Below are positions 49,831 to 61,895 of a stretch of 64,000 nt of DNA, one piece after another; position 1 is the first letter of the stretch, and every line of letters starts with the position of its first letter. The notes under the pieces were generated by a model. That model saw only the letters and a list, made by a program, of their open reading frames with translations, did not search any database and had not been told where the DNA came from. The position numbers were made by a program, and so were the translations under genes. The stretch comes from Cyanophora paradoxa CCMP329 (taxonomy: Eukaryota; Plantae; Glaucophyta). The DNA lies in assembly GCA_004431415.1 (NCBI GenBank), contig QPMI01000271.1:1-64000 (forward strand), in the 5' to 3' direction.

Positions 49831-51383
49831 ATGCAGCGGGCGGCGGCGGGAGCGTGCGCGAGGGCTGCAGCCGAGCACGCTGACGACGCTTATCGCGCCG
49901 CGGAGCGGCGCTACCGTCGCCAGGTGCGCGTCGTCACGCGCAAGAAGAAGGGAAGGATGCGCACGATCGTCGGTGCGATGCGGACTGCTGCACTGCGCCT
50001 CGGGGTCGATGCGGCGCGCTGAGCACGAGGGGCGCAGAGGCGCTGCCTGACGACGCAGAAGCGTTTGCAGCGCTGCTGGACCCGCGAGAGGTGTCGCCGC
50101 GGCTGCACGAGGCGGAGGCGAGCTTCGAGGGAGACGACGGAGTACTGCGCCGGATTCGTCTCGTTACCGTCCCCGAGCGGCCGGGCCTCATCCTGCTGCC
50201 CGGCGTGCTCACGGCGCGGGAGCAGCTGGCGTGGGCGCGGAGGGCGCTGGAGGAGTTTATCCAGCCGCCGAATGTGACGAGTCTGAACGCGCAGCACGGT
50301 TGGCAGCGAGACCTCTGGCGCCGCGCCTGCGCTGAGGCCCCCGCCCCGCCCCCGCCAGGCGCGCGCCCTCCCCGCCCCCGCCCGTCCCCGCTGAGCGCCG
50401 CCGTGCGCAGACGCCGGGGAGGAGGAGGAGGTGGAGGAGGAGGAGGCCGCCCCCGCGGAGGGGCAGGCGAAGGAGGAGGCCTCGGGGGAGGGGCGGAGGG
50501 GAGACGGGGCCGGGGGCGGGGGCGGGGCGGGGCCGAGCGCGCGGGAGCTGCTGGGGAAGCTGCGGTGGGCGACGCTGGGGTACCAGTACCAGTGGACGCA
50601 GCGGGTCTACGAGGAGGGGCGGCGCGAGGCGTTCCCGCCCTCCCTCGCCGCCCTCGCGGCGCGCCTCGCCGCCGCCGCCGGCTTCCCCGCCTTCGCCGCC
50701 GAGGTCCCCCTGCACCCCGCTCACGGTGCTTTCCCGCCTCTGACCCCTCCGGCGCTCCAGGCCGCCATCGTCAACTTCTACGCCCTGGGTGCGGCCGGCG
50801 GGGGCGGGGGCGGTGCGGGGCTGAGGGGCGGGGCAGACTCGGCGATCGGGGGCCACGTGGACGACGCGGAGGCCGACGAGCGCTCCCCCATCGTCTCCCT
50901 CTCCCTCGGCGCCCCGTCCGCCCCGCCCCCGCGCGCCCCGGGCCGGGCCGGGGGGCCGAGGGTGGGGCGGGCGGGGCCAGGGCGGTGTTCCTGCTCGGGG
51001 GCGCGACGCGGGCCGTGGAGCCCCTGCCCCTGCTCCTCCGCTCGGGGGACGCCCTCCTCCTCGCCCCCCCGGCCCGCTCCTGCTACCACGGTGCCCCCCA
51101 CCCGCCCCGCCCCGCCCCGCCGGCTCGCCGCGGGCCCGACGTCGACGGGGCGGACGGACGGGCAGGGGTGCCGCGGGTGCTGGCGGGGGCGCTGGGTGGA
51201 GAGCTGGCGGGGGAGGGCGGGGCGGAGGGCCCCCTGCTCGCCTTCCTCGCCGCCCACCGCCTCAACATCAACGTCCGCCAGGTCCTGCCCCCGGGCACCC
51301 CCGCCTACCCGGGGCCCGCCCGGCCCCCGACCGCCCCCGGGGCCCCCGCCCCCGCTGCCCCCGCCTGCTCCCCGCCCTCGTAG
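49831..51383 (+). CDS. ALKBH1: AlkB-family 2OG-Fe(II) dioxygenase, ALKBH1-like
   Basis: RPGLILLPG, KLRWATLGYQYQWTQRVY, AAIVNFY, IGGHVDDAE (HxD), SPIVSLSLG, LLLRSGD, CYHGVPRV, RLNINVRQV. Confidence 0.88.
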
Positions 51384-51498
51384 CCCCCCGCCGCCCCTCT
51401 CCGCCCTCCCTCTGGAACGCACGCGGGGGCGCTGTACAGCGGAGAGCAGAGGATGGCGGGGGCGAGGGGCGGGGCGGGGCGGGCGGGGCAGGGCGGGG

Positions 51499-52831
51499 CT
51501 AGGCGTAGAGCTCCTCCTGGAGGAGGACGGCGTTGACCGCCGCGAGGATCGCCTCCCTGCCGGCGCCCGCCCCTCGGCGCCCGCCCCCGCGCGGGCGCGG
51601 CGCCGCCCTCGCACCGGCTGTTGATGTCCTCCGCCGAGAGCCCCAGCACCGCCTCCGTGATCTGCACGCCCGTCAGCCTCGCTTGGCCCCGCCCTCACCC
51701 CCCGCCCCACGCACCTGTGTCCCCACCCGCGCCACGAACCGCAGCGGCACGCGGGACCCCCCTCCGGCCCTCTCCTCCGGCACCGCCCGCCGCGCCGGGG
51801 CCAGGGCCGGGGCGGGGGGCGGAAGCGCGGCGTGCGGGGCGGCGCCGTTGGAGGGCGGGTGGCGGCGGCCGGCCGGCGCCTCGCCGATGATGACCTTGGG
51901 CTCGAAGCCCTGCGGGGCGCCTCGGGGCGGGCGGGGGAAGGGCCGGGGGCGCGTGTGGACCTCGACGGCGAGGGCGCCGATGAGAGCGCCGTAGTTGACG
52001 CGGTTGCCGGCGAGGGCGGCGCGCCCGATGAGCGCGTCCAGCCGCGCTGCGTTCTTCACCTCGAAGTTTGCCCGCCGCAGCGCCTGCCGCACGTCCTGCT
52101 CCCGCACGGCCCCTGCCCCGCCCCGCTCGCCCCGCGCGGCGCCTCCAACGGGGGGCGGGCGGACCCGTGTCGGCGGGGTCGAGGGCGCGGAAGATGCCCC
52201 GCAGGTGGTCGAATCGCGAGCCCGGGCGGACCGCGGCGGGGCCGGGGCCGGCGTGCGCGGCGGGGATCCCCATCTCGTGCTTGAAGGCGTCGATCGCGTC
52301 CTCCTCGCCCGCCTGCCGCCCGCCCCGCCCCGCCGCCGGCGGCGGCGGGATCTGCCACGCGCGTCGGCGAGGCGGAGGTGACCAAGCGCAGAGACCGGGG
52401 GGGCGTGTGCTAGGGCGCGTTTGGACGCGCTGGGCGCGGGCGCACCTGGTTCATGTCCGGCAGAGGGATCGCGTCCGCGGGGACGGCGATCGGGTCCCGC
52501 ACCTCCCGCGCGAACGGCGACGGCATCAGCTTGTGCGGCACGATGCTGCGCCCGTCGCCGCCGCCCGTCAGATTCGGAGGACCGCTATCTGCAGGTAGCG
52601 CGGGGGGCAGCGCCCGGGAGCCGCGAGCGGGAAGGCTATCATCTTCAGCGAGCCCGAGGACCGCCAGCTATAGCTAGGGCAAGAGGGCAGCGCCCGGGGG
52701 CCGCTAACGAGGATACAAGCAACGGAAGCGAACGCCGAGAGCGGCGTGACACGGAAGACGTGGCGGGGCACGGGACGGCGTTTCTTTTGCGCATGCAATC
52801 CCTCGCTCCCCTATCGCTCACCGCTTTCCAT
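51499..52831 (-). CDS. Uncharacterised protein with a degenerate EF-hand-like pair and a possible N-terminal hydrophobic segment
   Basis: Spliced frames include [58 protein letters not shown] and the end AVNAVLLQEELYA*. The start codon is uncertain. Confidence 0.5.
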
Positions 52832-53507
52832 GCTGCGACAACAAAGACGTGAGCTCAATAGAGCTTGCGGTTTTAACATCTCGACGCACCGCCTGGCTCT
52901 GCTGCTGTGGGTCCGACTTCGCAAGCGCCCACGGAGGAGACAGCTTCGACGCGTCGCCTAAAGGATACTCTGCGCCGAGCTCGATCAGAGGAGTAGTTGG
53001 AACTGGGCCGACACCCGCGACGACGCAAATAGCCGGCTCGCGCAGCTGTTGTCGCACCTCGCGCCGCTGCGCTACCTACTTTAAGAGCCATATTGTGATA
53101 GTGCTGGTGCTGCGCTGGTTCGCCTCGCCACAAGATCGGACCGGAGCCGAAACTGACGGGCAATGCACGTACGCGTGTACCCAGCCCTCAAATTTGATCG
53201 TCAAGCTGAAGTCTTAATCTTAAGCTTCTCGAAGTCTCTATAGATCGATATCGATATCTAGATCTAGATGTCGATCGCGATCCGGCCTCGTCGCAAGCTT
53301 GCGCTGCGCCCAGCTGCAGGCGCTTCCATAACACTCAGCCGGTGTATTGGCTTTCGCTCCCCGAATTTAAATCCTCAGAGTCCTTGAACCAACTGCAAGC
53401 CATCGATATCCGCCGGCGCGGCGGCCCGGCACCCACTCGCGCACGTACGCGTGCACTGGGGCAACCGAACTGGAGGTCGACGCAGCGCGAGGGCTAGCGA
53501 GCGGGGC

Positions 53508-55435
53508 CTAGACCTTGAAGGAGAGGCCCATCTCGCGGTAGCGGCGGGGGTCGTCGAGCCAGTCCTCCCTGACGGCGACGTGGAGGAAGAGGTGGACGGG
53601 GCGCCCGAGGTCCCGCGAGAGCTCCTGCCGCGCCCGGCTCCCGATCTGCTTGATCATCGACCCGTTCTTGCCCAGCACGATCGACCGCTGCGTCGCCCGC
53701 GCCACGTAGATCACCTGCGCCCCGCTCAGCGCCTTCGGGGGCGGCGGGGCGGGGGCCGGGGCGGGCCTGGTGGATGACGGCGGATCCGTCGGGGCGGTTG
53801 ACCCAGCGCTCGCTCTCCACCGTGCTCTCGTAGGGGAGCTCCTCGTGCAGCAGGTGGTACAGCTGCTCCCGCGTCACCTGCACCCCCCGCCCCGCTCGCC
53901 TCCCGCGCGCCCGGGGCGGCCGGCGGGCGGGTCGGGCGTGCCTCGGCGGCGAGGAGGCGCTCGGGGAGGTCGGAGAGCTGCTCGGGGGGGAACAGGAACG
54001 GTCCCTCGGGCACCCGCTGCCCCAGGAACTCCAGCAGCCGCTTGCATCCCGCCCCTGCCCCCCGCCCCGTGCGTCAGGCGGTGGCGGGGCGGGGGCGGGG
54101 CCGGGGGTACCGGTGACGGCGGAGACGTGGAAGGCGTCGGTGAACATGTGCCCCTCGGGGTCCAGCGCCTCCCGGATCGCCGCCACCGCCTCCCGCCGCG
54201 CCCTGCGCCCCGTCGCCCCCGCCGCCATGCAGCGCGCCCGGGGCGGCGCGGGGCGGGGCGGGGCGGACTGGTCGGTGGGGAGGAGGTCGGTCTTGTTGAC
54301 GCAGAGGACGGCGCGGCGGCCCGAGGCGCGCAGCCGCTCCGCGATCTGCCGCACCGTCTCCGCCGACTCCGCCTGCCGCCGCTCCTCCCGCGCCTCCCGC
54401 CCGCCCCCGCCCCGCCGCCCGCCGCGCTTCCCCTGTGAGGCGCCGCGGCCCGCGGAGGCCCCCGCCGCCGCCGCTGCCGGCTCGTCGAAGGAGAGCGGGG
54501 GCAGCTCCTCGTCGGCGGGGGCGGCCTCGGGGGAGGCCTGGCCGTCGGGGCCGCCGCGCTCGTCGGCGAGGGCCCCGCAGAAGGCCTGCGCGTCCACCAG
54601 GAAGAGCACCACCTGCGCACCCTCAGCACGCGACGCCGGCGCAGGGCGCGGCGGGGCGGGGGCGTGCCTCGGCCTCGTCGGCTGCGGACCAGGCGGCGGA
54701 GACCATGGCGCGCTCGAGGCGCTTGTTGTCGTCGTGGATGAAGATGCCCGGCGTGTCCATGAAGACCAGCTGGCTCGCCCGCACCGCCTCCCCGTCCGCG
54801 TCCCGCCCGATCTCCTCCCCGACCATGCAGATCCCCAGGATCCGCCGCCGCGTGGTCTGCACCTTGGGCGACACGATTGACACCTGCGCGGGGGCGGCCA
54901 GTCACCCGGAGCACCGGCCGGCGGCGGCGCACGAGCTGCGCGCCTTGGCGCCCACAAGGCGGTTGATCAGGGTTGACTTCCCGGCGTTGGTGGCGCCCAC
55001 GACGGCGATGAAGCCGCTGCGCGTCGGCGCCGCCCGCTCCTCCTCTGTGGGGAGGAGATCCACCTCGGGCATGGAAAGAACTTGCCCGCCCTTCCGCCCT
55101 GGCACGTTGCCCCGCGGCTGGCTCAAGAACTTCGCGGTCTCCTCGTCATCCTCCTCCTCATTGCGCTTCGCGTGCGCGGTCGCCCCGCTTGCGACGCCGG
55201 GAGCTACGCTGTAGCTGGGCGCGATCGGCGCGCAAGCGAACGTTCTAGGCAGAATCCCAAAGAATTGCTTTCCGCTTGCGATGCCGCCACCGACCCGCAG
55301 CTGCTTTCTTGGAAGAATCTTGAAGGGATGCGTACGTGCGGTCGCGGGCAGAGCAGGAGACCAGTCGTTTCCAGGGCTTAGCTGCTGCGTGCATCTCGAC
55401 CCCGATGCCGCTGGGAGGCCCGTGGCGACGAACAT
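53508..55435 (-). CDS. era: Era GTPase with organellar transit peptide
   Basis: G1 GATNAGKST; G2 VSPKVQTTR; G3 DTPG; G4 NKTD; G5 VSAVTG; KH domain HEELPY...IVLGKNGSMIKQIG...VHLFLHVAVREDW. N-terminal extension MFVATGLPAAS. Confidence 0.95.
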
Positions 55436-55608
55436 CGGAAAAAAAGAGAGGGGGTACAGAAGAGCAAGGCGGCAGTGCGGCGCCGGCGCGGCTGTGGCCG
55501 CTTGCTTTAGCGCTAGCTATCCCGGAAGTCGGGCCGGAGGAAGTTGAGCCGGTCGAAGGCGAGGCGGAGTTTGAACGATCGAGCGCGTCTAGCTAGAGCC
55601 TCGGAGCG
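55436..55608. promoter_or_regulatory. Compact bidirectional promoter between era and the site-2 protease gene, containing GGGGTAC
   Basis: 173 bp between the divergent ATGs; GGGGTAC at 55451-55457. Confidence 0.65.
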
Positions 55609-57888
55609 ATGCAGGGCTTTGTATTCGTGCTCGTCACCAGCCTGGCGTGGCTGGCCCTGCTGTCCCTCGCGCGACGAGTCGTCCCGCCGGTGCGTCCTGA
55701 ACTCGGAGGGATCGGCGCGCGCGCGCGCGCGCCTGCCGTTCGCTCTGACTTCGCTGCGCAGAACTCCAGAAGATTCAGCATACACTTTCCGTGGCATATA
55801 TCGTGGACGACCTCGCGGTACGCCGCCGCGTGCTCTCCGGCGAGCGCTTCGCACACCGACGCGCCGCAGGTTCAACACGCTGATCTGGAACATCGGGAGG
55901 AGGAGAAAAGCGCAGCTGATGCTGTACGTGACGTTGAGTTGCATAACGTGCACATTGATAACACTGCATAACGTGCGTGCAGCTGGTACCGCGCCGGCAC
56001 ACCCCTCGCGGTGAGCTGCATGCTCATCGGGATGTACCTGCTCTTCCGGAACGCGTCGGATTGGCTCCGCGGCGGCCCGTCAGGGGCGGATGGCGGACAG
56101 CGATCGCCCGGCGTTGCACTCGTGCGCGGCTCGCCGTGCGGGCTCGGGGCTGGCGCGTGCAACGCGGCCCGTGACGCGGGCGGCGCAGGTGCCGCTGATC
56201 CCCGGACTGACGATGCCGTTGAGCCACCTCGTGTACCTGTGGGGCGCGCTGCTCTTCAGGTCGCGCCCTCCCGCCCAGGCCGGCCCCTCGCCCGCCCCTC
56301 ACGCGCCGCTCGCTCCGGGCAGCGCGGGGGTGCACGAGGCGGGGCACGCGCTGTGCGCGGCGGCGCACGGGGTGCGGACGACGGAGGCCGGCGCGTACGT
56401 CTCCTTCATGGCCCCGCTTGCCTTCGTCCGCCTCGACGGCGTCGACTCCCAGCACGTCGCCGCCCAGGTGCCCCCTAGCCCCCGCCCCGCCCCGCCCCGC
56501 CCCCGCCACCCCAGCGCCGCCCCCGCCGCCCCTGACCGGTCGGCCGCAGCTGCGCATCTACTGCGCCGGCTCGTTTCACAACATTGTGACGGTGCGACGG
56601 GCGGGGCGCGCGGGGGCGGCGGGCGGCGACGGGGCCGGCAGGCGCTGGGGCGTGGCTCGGCGTGCTGCTGCTGCCGCTGCTGCTGTGGCCGCTGTACGCG
56701 GCGGCGGGGCCGGGCCCCGTGGTGCTCGGGGTAGACCCGGCGTCGGCCCTGGGGCCGCACCTGCGCCCCGGCGACCTCCTCACGGGCCTGAACGACTGCC
56801 CCGTCGCCTCCCTCGACGACTGGCGCGCCTGCATCCTCCACGCCGCCGCCGCTGCCCCCAGCTTCTGCCTGCCCCCCGCCTCCCTCGCTGCAGGTCACCC
56901 CCTCCCCCCGCGCCGCCGCCCCGCCCGGCGGCGCCTCACGCCTGCCGCAGCCGCCTCCAGGGGCGGCGACTGCTGCGGGGCCGGCTACGACGGACCCCTG
57001 CAGTGCTTCCGCGCCCTCTCGCCCCCGCCGGCGAGCGGGCGGGCCGGGGCGGGGCACGGGCGGGCGCTCCTCGCCGCTGCCCCGACGGGCCTCTGCCTCC
57101 GGGGGCCGAGTTTCGCGAGAGCGACCCTGCGACGGCGCCGGCGGCATCCCCGCCCCGTGCCCCAACGCCGGTGCGGGGCCCCGGGGCGGGCGTGCGGGGC
57201 GGGGCGGGCGAGGGGTGACGGGGCGCAGGGACGTGCGGGGAGGCGCAGGTGCCGGAGGGGCAGCTGCTCGCCGTGCTCTCCGTGCTGCCGCGCGGCGGGC
57301 CCCGCGGAGACGCCGCCGGCAACGCGACGGGCCGAGGGCCGCCCCCGACGCCCCCTCCGTGTCGCCTTCGCCGGCTCCCCCGCCCAGCTCCTCGCCGCCG
57401 GTGCGCGAGGCGCCCCGCACGCGCCGCCCGTCGCGGGGCCGAGGGCGGGGGCGGGGCAGTGGACGCGGCGCATCGGGTGGCGCGGCTGGGCCTGCTGGCG
57501 GCCTTCGACCTCCCCGGCCACCTCGAGCGCCTCCTCCGCTACCTCTTCTCCGTCTCCCTCGGTCCGCCCCCCCGCCCCCGCCCCCGCCCGCCCGCCGCGG
57601 GAGCCTCTGACGGGCGGTGCAGCGCTGGCGGTGCTGAACATGGTGCCGTGCCCGGGGCTGGACGGGGCCCCCGTGGCGAAGCTTCTCGCCGAGATGCTCG
57701 CCCTCCACGCCCCGCTCGCCCTCTTCGCCCCCGCCAGCTCCGCCCGCGCCCTCATCGACCTCGGCGCCAACCTCGATGGGCCCGTCGCCGTCTCTCCCCT
57801 CGCAAGGGCCGCTTCCCGCGCGTGCAACGCCTTCGGCGCGGCCCTGCTCCTCCTCAATGCCCTCGCCGTGTTCTTCGCCCGCCGCTGA
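55609..57888 (+). CDS. MBTPS2: Site-2 protease (peptidase M50, MBTPS2-like) with PDZ and Cys-rich insert
   Basis: VPLIPGLTMPLSHL, VHEAGHA (HExxH), QLRIYCAGSFHN, PDZ-like LRPGDLLTGLNDCPV, AVLNMVPCPGLDG (NxxPxxxLDG). Confidence 0.92.
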
Positions 57889-58271
57889 CCCGCCCCCCGC
57901 CCCTTCCGCCCACTTTCGTCGAACGTACTCGCATTCCTCGGAGCGAGCGCTGGGCAGGAGCCCGAGGGGTACGGGGCTCAGCGGCTGGATGGGGCGCCGG
58001 GCAGGAGAGGGGCCTGGCGAGCAAATTGGCCCTGAGGGAGGGTAGAGAAGACAGGACCTGGGTCGGGCCGGGAGGCGCGTCGGGGGGGCGGGGCGCGGGA
58101 CTCGGGAGAGACTGCGACAGGAGAAAGGCAGCGCTGGGATCTGGGATCAGAGGAGAGCGGCTGGACCTGAGAAGCCGGAGCGGAGAGGAATGGGTCTGGG
58201 AGAGGAAGGCAGAGGACCGAAGAGGCCCCCCCAGGGCAGGCAGGCCAGAAAAGAGTTGACACGCGTGCCGG

Positions 58272-58785
58272 TCAATCTTCGTCGCTTGCTTCGCCGCCCA
58301 GGGGCGCACGTGCCTTCGGTCCTTTCTTCTTGGATAACCTCGCCAATCTGCTCCGCTCTTCTTCTTTCAGGCGCTGGATCTGCGGGCGTAGCACCGCCCG
58401 TCAACGGGCGGAAAGCGATCAAGACGCAGCACGCACGCGTTCGATGCTCTCACTTAGCTTGTCGCTGCGAGTATGCCGAAGAAGCTGCAGGTTGCGCTGC
58501 ATTAGGCTAGCCTGCGCCTCTGCTTTCTTTTGCTTCTCCGCCGCGACCAGGGCCAAAACGCCGACGGATGGCTTCGCAGCTGGGGCGGCTGCCGCACGCT
58601 TGGCTCCTTTCTTGAGCTTAGCTATGCTGCTATCCGCACCCGATTTCGAGCCTGCGCGCTACGCACGGTTCGCGAAGGTTCAGCGCGTACGCGATCGTGC
58701 AAGTATCATGCAGGCCGCGCACCTTCACGATGGCCTTCTTCGCCTCGAGCCCCGCGAGCTGCTTCTTAACGAGCCTCGAAGACAT
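58272..58785 (-). CDS. Small Lys-rich protein, possibly AROS/RPS19BP1-like; absent from the ORF track
   Basis: Three exons with GT-AG introns: MSSRLVKKQLAGLEAKKAIVK / ...SIAKLKKGAK...MQRNLQLLRHTRSDKLSESIER / IQRLKEEERSRLARLSKKKGPKARAPLGGEASDED*. NLxLL..TRS...ES resembles the AROS core as I recall it. Confidence 0.55.
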
Positions 58786-59526
58786 CGCACTGCGCTATAT
58801 TGCAGCGCTAGATTGGGGGGTAGGGGAGACCGAATACTCCGGCACTGATACTCCAATCTACCCCTATACCTAGGTTTGCAGTTGTTCAACTCCAGGTAGA
58901 ATAGTTTGTGTAGCAAATTCCAGGCGTCGTGGGGCGCGTCCTGTGAGCAAACAACTCATAAAAGGGGGTCTGCCAATCGGCTGAGCTGGTCGGGCACGGC
59001 CATTTTGGACTTTTGTGCTGCTGCGGAAGTCGCGTCGCGAAACCACGGTGCGGACGCGATCTAGCGCCACTTAAACGCGAACTATGCTGTTCCAGCTACG
59101 CGTGAGCGTGGTCTGGCGGCCGTCCGCCGCAACTTTGGGAACCTGACCGCGGCGGGCAGGATCCGGACCAAGACCTTCACAACGCTCCAGCATCATTCCG
59201 ACAAGCTTCCGGTATCACTCGAAGGCGGTGAGAATGACCGTGCTTGCCCTAGAGCGCGACAAGCGCCGCCCCCGCGCTCAGTTGGGCGTCCACAACTCCG
59301 CCCCTCGCGCCGTACTGGCGCCGTAGCTAGCGCCCCCGCAAGTTGTAGTGAAGCTCTTGGAGGGATCTATCGGCTCGCCTCATCGAGCGCGCCTTTTAAT
59401 TTGTCCGCAGGGGACTGCCCTACAACCCCGGAGCGAGCCCCGTGTCCGCGTACTCGCGGTGCTCTGCCTGGCCGCCTCTGCCCGTGCTCTTGTGGCCCGT
59501 GGATGCCCGCCTCTAGCAATGACATA

Positions 59527-59976
59527 TTACGTACGCGGTGAGTACCGTAGCCGGCCCCTGCTGCGCTTCCAGCCTGGGAGGCAGGCGAGGCGCCATCTTG
59601 ATCTCCGTTGCCCGCTGCGCTCGAGCCCTGTCAGCAAGTTTCTCGACCATATTACTGTATTACCTTGTGGCGGGCTGAAGATGAGCTCGTATCGGATGCC
59701 TTCCGCATCAGTCGCTAGCTGGTCCCACGCGATGTACTGGTTGGGCTGCAGGACGACGCTACGACTGTCCACAACGGCGCCGCCGTTCTTGAAGTCCTTC
59801 GCTACCATCCTAACGATGTTCTGGCCGGCCCGGCCTTCGGGAAGTTGCTGCGCTAGCGCCCTGGCGCCGCCTGCAAACAGCGATGGCAACGAACATGGGA
59901 TTGGCCCACCTCCGCTGCTGAAGAAGACTATGGACGGAGTTGTTACGCTAGCGGGATCCCCCGGCTCGGCCTCCAT
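59527..59976 (-). CDS. Uncharacterised gene divergent from METTL6; first exon of about 104 codons, 3' structure unresolved
   Basis: ATG 91 bp from the divergent METTL6 ATG. Globular-looking first exon (...VVDSRSVVLQPNQYIAWDQLATDAEGIRYELIFSPPQ) followed by a GTAAT donor. Confidence 0.4.
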   Translation of the reverse strand: MEAEPGDPASVTTPSIVFFSSGGGPIPCSLPSLFAGGARALAQQLPEGRAGQNIVRMVAKDFKNGGAVVDSRSVVLQPNQYIAWDQLATDAEGIRYELIFSPPQGNTVIWSRNLLTGLERSGQRRSRWRLACLPGWKRSRGRLRYSPRT

Positions 59977-60067
59977 GCTCGGAACGACTTCAAAAACGGA
60001 TGCGCGCCGAAACGACTAATGCGGGTATAAGGTAGTTTGGAGTTAGTTGCCTCGGATAACCGAACTG

Positions 60068-61601
60068 ATGGCGACCGGCGGCGGGGCAAGCGGCGGTGAT
60101 TTAGCGAGCAGCGGCGATGCAGCGAGCAGCTCGGCTGCTGCGGGGAGCATGGAGTATAAACCCTACGCAGGCTACAACGACGGCAAAAGCGACGTGCCTC
60201 CGCACATGCGCGAGCGATACGAGCGGGAGGCGCGCAAGAACTGGTAAGCGGACGCTTAGAGCAAGCGCAGCTAGCGTTCTTGATAGCGAGCTGCGCTTTG
60301 CCGGCGCGCGCCGCTGATCGTGCACTTGCTGGAATTCAATTTAGAGCTAAGCGCACCGGCGCCGCGCAGGGACATCTTCTACATGCACAACAAAACCAAG
60401 TGCCTTTCTTGGCTTTTCAATCATTCGCCGTGAGCCGATCGCCGCTGCAGCTTCTTTAAGGACCGGAATTGGCTGGGAAGAGAGTTTCCGGAACTCTCTG
60501 GGGCGTACGAGGTGCGCTTTCAGTTCCAAGCACGTGCGCAAGCTGCTCTAATGCCTCTCTGTAGGAAACAGGCGAGTTTGCGGGGGTCTCGGCTATAGCG
60601 GAGGTCGGGTGCGGCGTCGGCAACGCGGTGAGAGCGCCGGGCCCGTGGCCGTAGCCAAAGCCACCGATGCGGGAGCTGGCGCAGCTGTTCCCGATCCTGC
60701 GAGCGAACCCCTCCATCCGAGCGTACGCGGTGGACTTTGCGCCGCGCGCGGTGGAGTTCGTCAAGGTGCGGACGCCCGCGCTCGCCGCGGGCCTCGCGCG
60801 GGGCCGACGGGCGAGCACGCAGCAACACCCCGAGTACGACGAGGCGCGCGTTATGGCCGGCGTCTGCGACATCACCAGCGAGCCCCTCACGGCCACCATG
60901 CCCCGGGAGTCAATCGAGTGCGCCCTCCCCGGCGCCCCGGCTCCGTGGCGCTCACGGGGCCCGACGGCCAGCCGCGTGCTGCTCTGCTTCGTCCTGTCGG
61001 CGATTGCGCCGGAGAAGATGCCGGCCGCCATCGCCAACGTCCGAGCGGCACGCTCCCTCGCGCCCCCCGCTCCCCGGCCCCCGCTCGAGCCGCCGCGTAG
61101 GTCCTGCGGGACGGCGGCGTCGTCCTCTTCCGCGACTACGCCGGTGCCGTCCCCCTCGGCCCGCGCTCCGCGTTCCGCTCGCGGGGGCCGACGGCGGAAC
61201 GGGGCGGGGGGCGGGCGTAGACGGGGACCTGGCGCAGGAGCGGCTGCACGCGCAGAAGGGCCGGCGGCTCGCCCCGGGCTTCTACGTCAAGGCCGACGGC
61301 ACCCGCTGCTTCTACTTCACCCGCGGTTTCCCCGCCCCAGCCCCGCCCCGGACCCGCCCGCACCTCACGCCGGTTGCGCCGGCCCGCGGCAGAGCGGCTG
61401 ATTGAGCTCTTCGAGGCGGAGGGCTTCGACTGCGCGACCTGCGACTACCACCGCCGCACCATCGTCAACCGCGCGCGTGACCTCCACATGAACCGGATCT
61501 GGATTCAGGCGCGCTTCGTCCGAGCCCCCAAGACCGCTGCGCCGGCGTCGGCGCCGGCGCCAGACGTAGCAGACCCTCATGCAGTTGCAAGCGCTGGCTA
61601 G
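60068..61601 (+). CDS. METTL6: tRNA 3-methylcytidine methyltransferase (METTL6/METTL2/Trm140 family)
   Basis: YEREARKNWDIFY...FFKDRNWLGREFPEL, EVGCGVGN, YAVDFAPRAV, FVLSAIAPEKM, LFRDYA.GDLAQ, YVKADGTRCFYF, NRIWIQARF. Confidence 0.9.
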
Positions 61602-61895
61602 GACCGAGTGGCAGCTGCGCCGGGAGCCAGCAGTTAGCTATGGCTTACCTAGCCGCGCGCTGCCAGGCTGACTCTGTGATCGGATGCAACTGGGCTGCAG
61701 TTGCGCCAGCGAGATGACGAGTTTCAGGGAGCATGTAATGGTGTTGGAGAAGTCGCCGGAGCGGTTGATGCCGCCCAGGGTGGCCAGCCAGGGGTACGCG
61801 AACGCCCGCGACTGAAAAAAAGCCAAACAAGGAAGGCTGGCCCGCGCACAGCAGCTAGCCCGCCAAGCAGCTCTTGAAAGCTCGAGCTCCTAGCC

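Noticed and set aside
59348-60019. 223-aa plus-strand ORF
   Set aside because: It has a non-ATG start, is Ser/Arg/Leu-rich, and lies antisense to a more protein-like minus-strand exon.
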